A stretch of DNA of 64,000 nt from Rebecca billardiae RCC1528 (lineage: Eukaryota; Protista; Haptophyta), in assembly GCA_965240325.2 (NCBI GenBank), contig OZ251229.1, forward strand, positions 310,001-374,000, written 5' to 3'. Position 1 is the first letter of the stretch. Each line of letters opens with the position of its first letter. The notes beneath the pieces are model-generated. The model was not told the DNA's origin and did not search any database. It saw nothing but the letters and a program-made list of their open reading frames with translations. Of this stretch, positions 57,801-64,000 are shown piece after piece. The translations under genes and the position numbers were made by a program.

Positions 57801-58468
57801 GCGCGGCCCCGGCGCGCGCCCATCCGGCCGCACGCCGCCGCGCCAGCCGCTCCTGCACGCGGGCTGACCGAGGCGCCAGCCTCACCCAACCGCCGCTGCT
57901 TGCCGTGGAGCTGGTCGGGAGATGATGGGGTGGGTCGGCTGCTCCCAGAAGCTCCCCACGCGCGCCGCGCGCGCTGCATGCGGGTGCGGCGGGTCGGCGC
58001 GGCCCCGCCGCGCGCCCATCCGGCCGCGCGCCGCCGCGCCAGCCGCTCCTGCACGCGGGCTGACTCAGGCGTCAGCCTCACCCAACCGTGAGCCGCCAGC
58101 TGCTTGCCGTGGAGCTGGTCGGGAGATGATGGGGTGGGTCGGCTGCTCCCAGAAGCTCCCCACGCGCGCCGCGCGCGCTGCATGCGGGTGCGGCGGGTCG
58201 GCGCGGCCCCGCCGCGCGCTCATCCGGCCGCGCGCCGCCGCGCCAGCCGCTCCTGCACGCGGGCTGACTCAGGCGTCAGCCTCACCCAACCGTGAGCCGC
58301 CAGCTGCTTGCCGTGGAGCTGGTCGGGAGAGGATGGGGTGGGTCGGCTGCTCCCAGAAGCTCTCCACGCGCGCCGCGCGCGCTGCATACGGGTGCGGCGG
58401 GTCGGCGCGGCCCCGCCGCGCGCCCATCCGGCCGCGCGCCGCCGCGCCAGCCGCTCCTGCACGCGGGC
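57801..58468. repeat. Tandem repeat, 204-bp unit, about 3.3 copies
   Basis: Equivalent ORF starts at 57900, 58104 and 58308 give a 204-bp period; the units are highly similar. Confidence 0.9.
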
Positions 58469-58904
58469 ATGGCTGCCGAAGATCCGCACGGAATCGGCCG
58501 GGCATCAGACAGCAGTACCCGAATAACGGTTCGAATCGCTCAGTAACGTCGAAAGCAATGCCTGCCGGCCGCGGCGCGCCGGCGCGCAGGTCAGCACGGC
58601 GGGCACGCGCTGGTACGGACCACTGTGGTGCTCCTGCGAGCAGCTGCTGACGCGTTGGCGCGATGAGACCAGCGTCCTCGCAAACACGTGACCAGGTGGC
58701 CCAGTGCCACTGCCCTGCCTCCACACGCTAGTCGAGGGAGTGACGCGTGCCGAATGTGTCTCGCCGGATGACCACCAAGGCTGCTGTCAATAAATATGAG
58801 GTGGGTCTCGTCGACAACCCGAACTGCTGGGTGTCTATTTGAAATATACTCCGCAGATTCTGCCAGTGGCAGCTACGGAGCTACGCTCGTCGCCGAGATA
58901 CCTT

Positions 58905-59686
58905 CAGGGTCTCCAACATTAAACTGGACACTTTGGGCAGCAGCTCAGCGTACGGCCTGTGGCTGCCTCGCGCGGGGTCAGGAGCGGCCAGCTCGGCTCG
59001 TGTGCACCCCACTAGGTCTGTCTGCGACCGCGCATAGCCGGGCAGCCCGCGTGGAGCACCCCTCTGGGTCATGCGGACAGTCGGCACAAGGCTGGTCGTG
59101 AGGGCCGTGAAGCAGCCGTGTGGCTTCTGCGCATGTCTGTAGCCAGCAAGCCCGCTCAAGGCCGCGCAGATATTATTACGTGGCATGGTCGATGACTATG
59201 CGGCATGCGCTCGACAGCCCTGGGCAAGCCCGGACGTAGCGCTACACCAGGAGTATATACGGCTCGATCGGACCAGCCTACCAGTTGCGCACCTCGCTTG
59301 CACAGCTGCTGCACAGCCCATCGATCGGCTCTGGCCGTGCAGGCAAGGGCTACAGTCGGCGCCACTACCCGCAGCGAACGCTGGAGACCCACCAGTGCGC
59401 GCACCAACCCGCCCGCCGCCAAATGCAACCGTGCGCCAGATACGAATTTTAGCAGGCATGCCACCCGCGGGGGCTCCGTGGACCTGTTCAGAGCCAACCG
59501 CTAGTCGGTTGAGCTGTACATCCAAGCCAGCCCTGGCCACACGCTGAGCGCGCCGCTCGCTGCACCCACACCCTGTCGTCATCCGAGGAGTAAGGTCCAT
59601 GGCGCTCATGCGAGCCTCTGGCCCATCTCATCGTTAGCAGCCGTAGTCAGCAAAAATCAGTGTCCGAACAATTGTTGGGGACCCTG
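58905..59686. mobile_element. MITE copy 2 (782 bp), direct repeat of copy 1
   Basis: Same TIRs. Differs from copy 1 by a 2-bp indel (TGGCCGTTCT vs TGGCTTCT) in the parts compared. Followed by TA. Confidence 0.85.
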
Positions 59687-60105
59687 TAGTAGCAGTACAG
59701 TTACGACAGTTTACTAAGAATAAGAGACGCACAGTCGCACACAGCTCAGGCAGGCGAGATTACAGTGAGCAGCGTGGAATCAACGCCGGACCAAGGGCCG
59801 AACATGTTGGAATGCATCATACGGACACGGTGATGCGGCCAGACGTCAGTCATGCGGTATTACGTAGCGCGACGCCGACGAGCACAACGAGCGCGCCCGG
59901 CGCCGGCCTCGCCCGGCAGCACTCGGCGTCATCGCGGACCGTCCGACTCCGAGCCGCATCACGACATCACGTCGTCCGGTGACCGGTCGCAGCGCTGCTT
60001 GCTTCGTGCACCTCCGACCTCGAGCCCATCACGCGGGCATCACGGGCCGGCACCAATTCACCAATGTGGCAATGACCAAATGAGCCAATGTAGCCGCCTT
60101 CGGCG

Positions 60106-61614
60106 TCACACTCGGCCGATCTGCCCTGGGCCGACCTGCCCCGCCTGCAGGTCGCCGAAGCGGAACCACGCCTTGTCGTGCTGGTCCCGCTCGTGGTGGA
60201 GGTGCGCGCGCAGCCGCTGGTCGTGCTTGGACCACTGGCGCATCTTGACGGCGTCCTGCCCGCCGACGCCGACCCATTGGCTGTACAGCGCCATGCGCGA
60301 GTTGAGCTGCTGCATCTCGTCGCTCGCGCCGCGCACGCGCGTCTCCGCCTTCTCACGCGCGCCCTGCTCCGCCGCAAGGCGTTGGCTCACCCTGCGCGTG
60401 GCGCGCGCGCGCGCACGGGCGGGAGCCGGGTGGAGTGGGCGCGAGGCGCGGGTCGGCGCGGGGCCGCCCGCCGCCCGCGGGGCGGTGGTAGCGCCGCGCG
60501 CGCGCGCGCGCGCACCACTCGAGCTTCTGCTGGAGCTGCTGCACCTCGAAGTGCGCGGCGGCGAGCTGCTGCTGCGTGCCCAGGTGCCGCTCCTTCTCCT
60601 GCGCGTAGTGCAGCGCGGTCTCCTCGTGCGCCGTGGTCGCGATCCGCGCGTCGTCGCGCGCGCGCTTGAGCTGCTCCTGCAGGGACTCGGAGAGCGCGGA
60701 CTGCGAGCGGAAGGTGGACTTCATCGACTCGTGCTGCGCCGTGAGCTCGTCCAGCCTGCTCTTCACGCTCGCGTGCGCCTGCGCCCGCGGCAGTGCGAGC
60801 GCGCGGCGCGACGCGGGGCGGTGAGGGCGGCCGGCGGCACGGCTGGCCGGCGCGCGCCGCGCGCCGCGCGCCGCGCGAGAGCGCGCACCTCCCGCGTCGC
60901 TTGCAGGAGCGAGTGCGCCTGGCGGAGCTGGTGCGCGTTGGCGTCGAGCTCGTCGCGCATCCCCGTCTCCCTCGCGTGCAGGCCGAGCAGCTCCATCTCC
61001 GCGCCGCGCAGCTCGCCCTGCATCGCCTTGTGCTGCACGCTGCCCGAGTCAGTCTCGCGGCTGAAGCGGCGCACGTCGGTGCGCAGCGCGTCGATGAGCT
61101 CGCGCGCCTGCTTGAGCTCGACCACCAGCCGCGCCTCGTTCTCGACGAGCTCCATCACCCGCGCCTGCGGCGTGTCCCCCTTCTTCACCGCCGCGTGGAA
61201 GGCCTTGCGCTCCTCGAGCAGCTTCTCGTTCTCCTTGTGCAGCACCGCGCGGTGGACGGTGAGCTCGTGCACCTGCTTCTTGTACCAATCGAGGTCGGTC
61301 ATCTCGACGTCACGCCCGCGGGTGAACTTCTCGAGCTGCCCGCGCAGGTAGGCGTTCTGCGTCTGCAGGTCGCGGAAGCACGGCGTGCGGTAGTTGTACT
61401 TGATTGGCTCGAGCGCGACGCGGCCGACCATCGCCGGGTCGTCGTCGTGCGCGTGCGCCGAGTCGCCCGTGGCGGGCGGGCGGCTGGTGAAGAGGTCGGG
61501 CTTCCGTCGCGTGCCCCGCGCGAGCTCCTGCCTGATCATGCCAGGCGGCGGCGGGTCATCGGCGAAGTCCGCGTGCGACTTCCTCGCGCCCGGCGGCGCC
61601 CGGGGCCGCGGCAT
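60106..61614 (-). CDS. Hypothetical coiled-coil protein; introns 60779-60888 and 60392-60515
   Basis: Three ORF segments joined in frame by two GT-AG introns; heptad-rich E/K/Q/L composition. Confidence 0.75.
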
Positions 61615-61820
61615 CGTCCGTGACTACTGTACTCGGAAGAAACTCGATGGATTCAAACTGAAAACGGCGGGCAAAACGCGGGAAAGTTTTCGGACGATTC
61701 TTTTTCCGCGGGGGGGGCACGTCCGTTTCGACGGACGGCCGCCCCCGCGGCTTTGCGTAGCATCAACAAGGGGGTTCAATCAAGGAGTCTTTAAAAACCC
61801 ACATGTAAGACCCCTTGGTT

Positions 61821-62055
61821 CAATCAAGGGGGGAGAAAGCACAGCGGGGGATCCGGGACCATCAGGTGCGCCGTCCCGCCCTCTGGGAAATTGAGAGTCC
61901 GGTGTTTTCCATGTGAATCCATCGGCCCGGGAGCAAAACATTTCAAAACGAGCAAAACGTGTTCGCTTTCTATGGGCAAACACCGGACTCTCAATTCCCG
62001 AGAGAGCGGGACGGCGCACCTGATGGTCCCGCTGTGCTTTCTCCCCCCTTGATTG
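61821..62055. repeat. Imperfect inverted repeat (~85-90-bp arms), MITE-like
   Basis: CAATCAAGGGGGGAGAAAGCACAGCGGG...GGTGTTT (61821 to ~61912) pairs with ~61972-62055. The left arm carries a small insertion. Confidence 0.75.
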
Positions 62056-64000
62056 CCCTTGGCATCAAGGAGAGTCCGGCAAATGGAATCCGGGGACGCT
62101 CCTCACTCGCGGGGGGGGCCTGTTGACGGCCGCGCCGAGCACCCGAGCGTCTCGACCCGCGCCTCGTCTGTACACGCGCATTTGGCGGGGCGCGCGCGGA
62201 GCGCGCCGCGAGTGGGCGCGTCGGCCCGTACGCTTGGAGCCCTCTTTCGGAAAATTCCGAGCGCGCCGCGGCGCGCCCGTCGCGCCGCGCTGCGGCGTGC
62301 ACCGTGCACGCGTTCGCTTCGGCTCGGGTGCCGAGCGCCGCCGACGAGCGGGAAGAGCGCCAGGGGCGGGTGCGCTGGCGCGGGCGGGGTGTGGAGGCAC
62401 GATGTGGGAGTCTACCTCTCGTACCGGGCGCGCGCGCCCGCTCGGCGCCGTCGCTTCGCGCGGCCGTAGGCGTCTAAGCGTCGATGGTTGGCCTCGAGAA
62501 CCGCTAGAAGGGGGGCCGCCTGCCGCAAGCGACGCGGGTAACGATTGACGAGACCGAGCACGCATCTGACGAGACCGAATACGCACCAGGCGGCACCGCG
62601 CAACGGCCCGGCGCATGGAGGCTCCGGTGACCAGGCTTGGCCAGCGCCGCCCGCCGCGCGCTGCACATTAGGCGGGGCGCGCGCGCGGAGTCCGCCGCGC
62701 GTGGGGGCCTCAGGCCCTCGGGAGAAGCAAGCGCGGCATCGCCGCGCCGCGCCCGCGCCACGGCATACGTCCAACGACCCAGGTGCGACCGCGCAGGCGC
62801 TGCGCGCTATGGCACTGGGGCGGATGGTCATGGTGCGCGCCGCGCGCGCGGGGGCTGAATGTGGAGGCGGGCGGTGGTTGCCCGGCTCGCTCGCCGCGCG
62901 CGCGCGTCGCCCTGCGTTACGCTCTGAACTCTTTGTGCGCGCGCATTGCGGATGCTGCACGAGTAAGCCATGGTGCTTAGTGGTCTTGGTCCACTGTCTC
63001 GCCGCGCCAGCACGTTGCGGCTGCAGCAGCCGCAGCTCACTGGACCATTGATGCCAGGTGTCAAATCTGAATCGGCAGGGAAGCGGAAGGAGCGCGCCAC
63101 CTTAACTTGCGGCTCGTGCTGGAGGCGACCTGGTCGGACGCACTACCACCCGTCCCAGAAAGCCCGTGAGCCCGTCTTCGGCTCAGCGGGCTCATGACCG
63201 TCCATGGACGGTCATGAGCTCAGTGACTATGAAATGGGCTGGTAACGAATAGCTGCGGGTATTTTTCAATACCAGGGAGCCTTGATGTCGGGGGCTGGGA
63301 CGGGTGGTGTACAGACGCCCGTGCGGCCGTGAGGGGCGCTGGTACTGGTAGGTCAGCGCGGTGGCAGGTGCCGTGACCACTGAGTCACAGGTCTGGCCAG
63401 GCCTCAGCGCCGCACGATGACCCCGGCTGGTCGTCACGCATGGGCACATCGTCAGTCTCCTCATCAGATGCCCGGTTGCTAAGTTGGTCACCGGCCTTTT
63501 GTCATTCAGACAGAGTAGTAGCCGCAGTCACGTTGAACGTGGGTTGATGATCAGAGGGCGGAATTCGTTTGCGTAGCACGGCCGGGGCCGCGGATCTTTT
63601 TCCTCGAGTTTTTTTTCTGATCATGAGACGAAAATGGAAATCGCCCGGGCCAGTGCAGCATGCAAAAGTGTGCCGACTGCAGCGGCAAGGGCGTCGGCGC
63701 CAGCGCAGTCGGCGCCATCGCTCATGGCAAAGCACCAAGCACGTCGTGCAGAGTAGCCGAGGTCTTCGAGGGCTTGGCACAGCTCTGCCCGCCCCCGCGC
63801 CCTGGGAGCGGGGTGCCGTCGCGAGGTGCGTGGCGCGCCCGCTGCCGGCGAAGCACGGGCGCCCGCGCGCACCCTCCGAGCGGCAGCTGCATTCAGGCTG
63901 CCGCGGCCCCGCGCGCCCGCGCAGGCCCGAGCGCGCAACGATGGACTCGCACGGCGCGGCAGGTGCAAGCAGCCCAGGTGCGATGGAGCGACGGCTCGCG

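Noticed and set aside
57801-58468. Possible CRISPR-like array
   Set aside because: Contiguous 204-bp tandem units with no unique spacers, no cas genes, and a eukaryotic context.
57158-59609. Duplicated 100-137-aa ORFs in the MITE copies
   Set aside because: No transposase, DDE or HTH motifs; treated as non-coding.

Overview
Very GC-rich eukaryotic nuclear DNA with spliceosomal GT-AG introns. The (CG)n-rich introns, flagellar/centriolar genes and a bipartite plastid-type targeting signal suggest a haptophyte such as a Pavlovales alga (inference). I can support about 21 protein-coding genes, many in head-to-head pairs 110-250 bp apart: CCDC81-like (partial), a SAP/J-domain/Zn protein, PDI-C/ERGIC, an SDR, an alpha/beta hydrolase, a Xi-class GST, a MOV10/SDE3 helicase, a Spinster-like MFS, a bacterial-type ParA, CCDC112-like, LRRCC1/VFL1-like, MAPEG, a methyltransferase, GT32, an NHL propeller, DUF4062-NACHT-TPR, EML5/6-like, TauE and others. 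Intergenic regions hold several non-autonomous DNA elements: a 1054-bp foldback with 425-bp TIRs and a 5-bp TSD, a 1.95-kb hAT-like element, two identical-family ~783-bp MITEs bracketing a 204-bp tandem array, and smaller inverted repeats and microsatellites. Main highlights are the intron-containing, possibly nuclear bacterial-type ParA, introns with self-complementary ends, a composite-transposon-like MITE pair, and divergent pairs of centriole/cilium genes. Family assignments come from motif recognition only; no searches were run.
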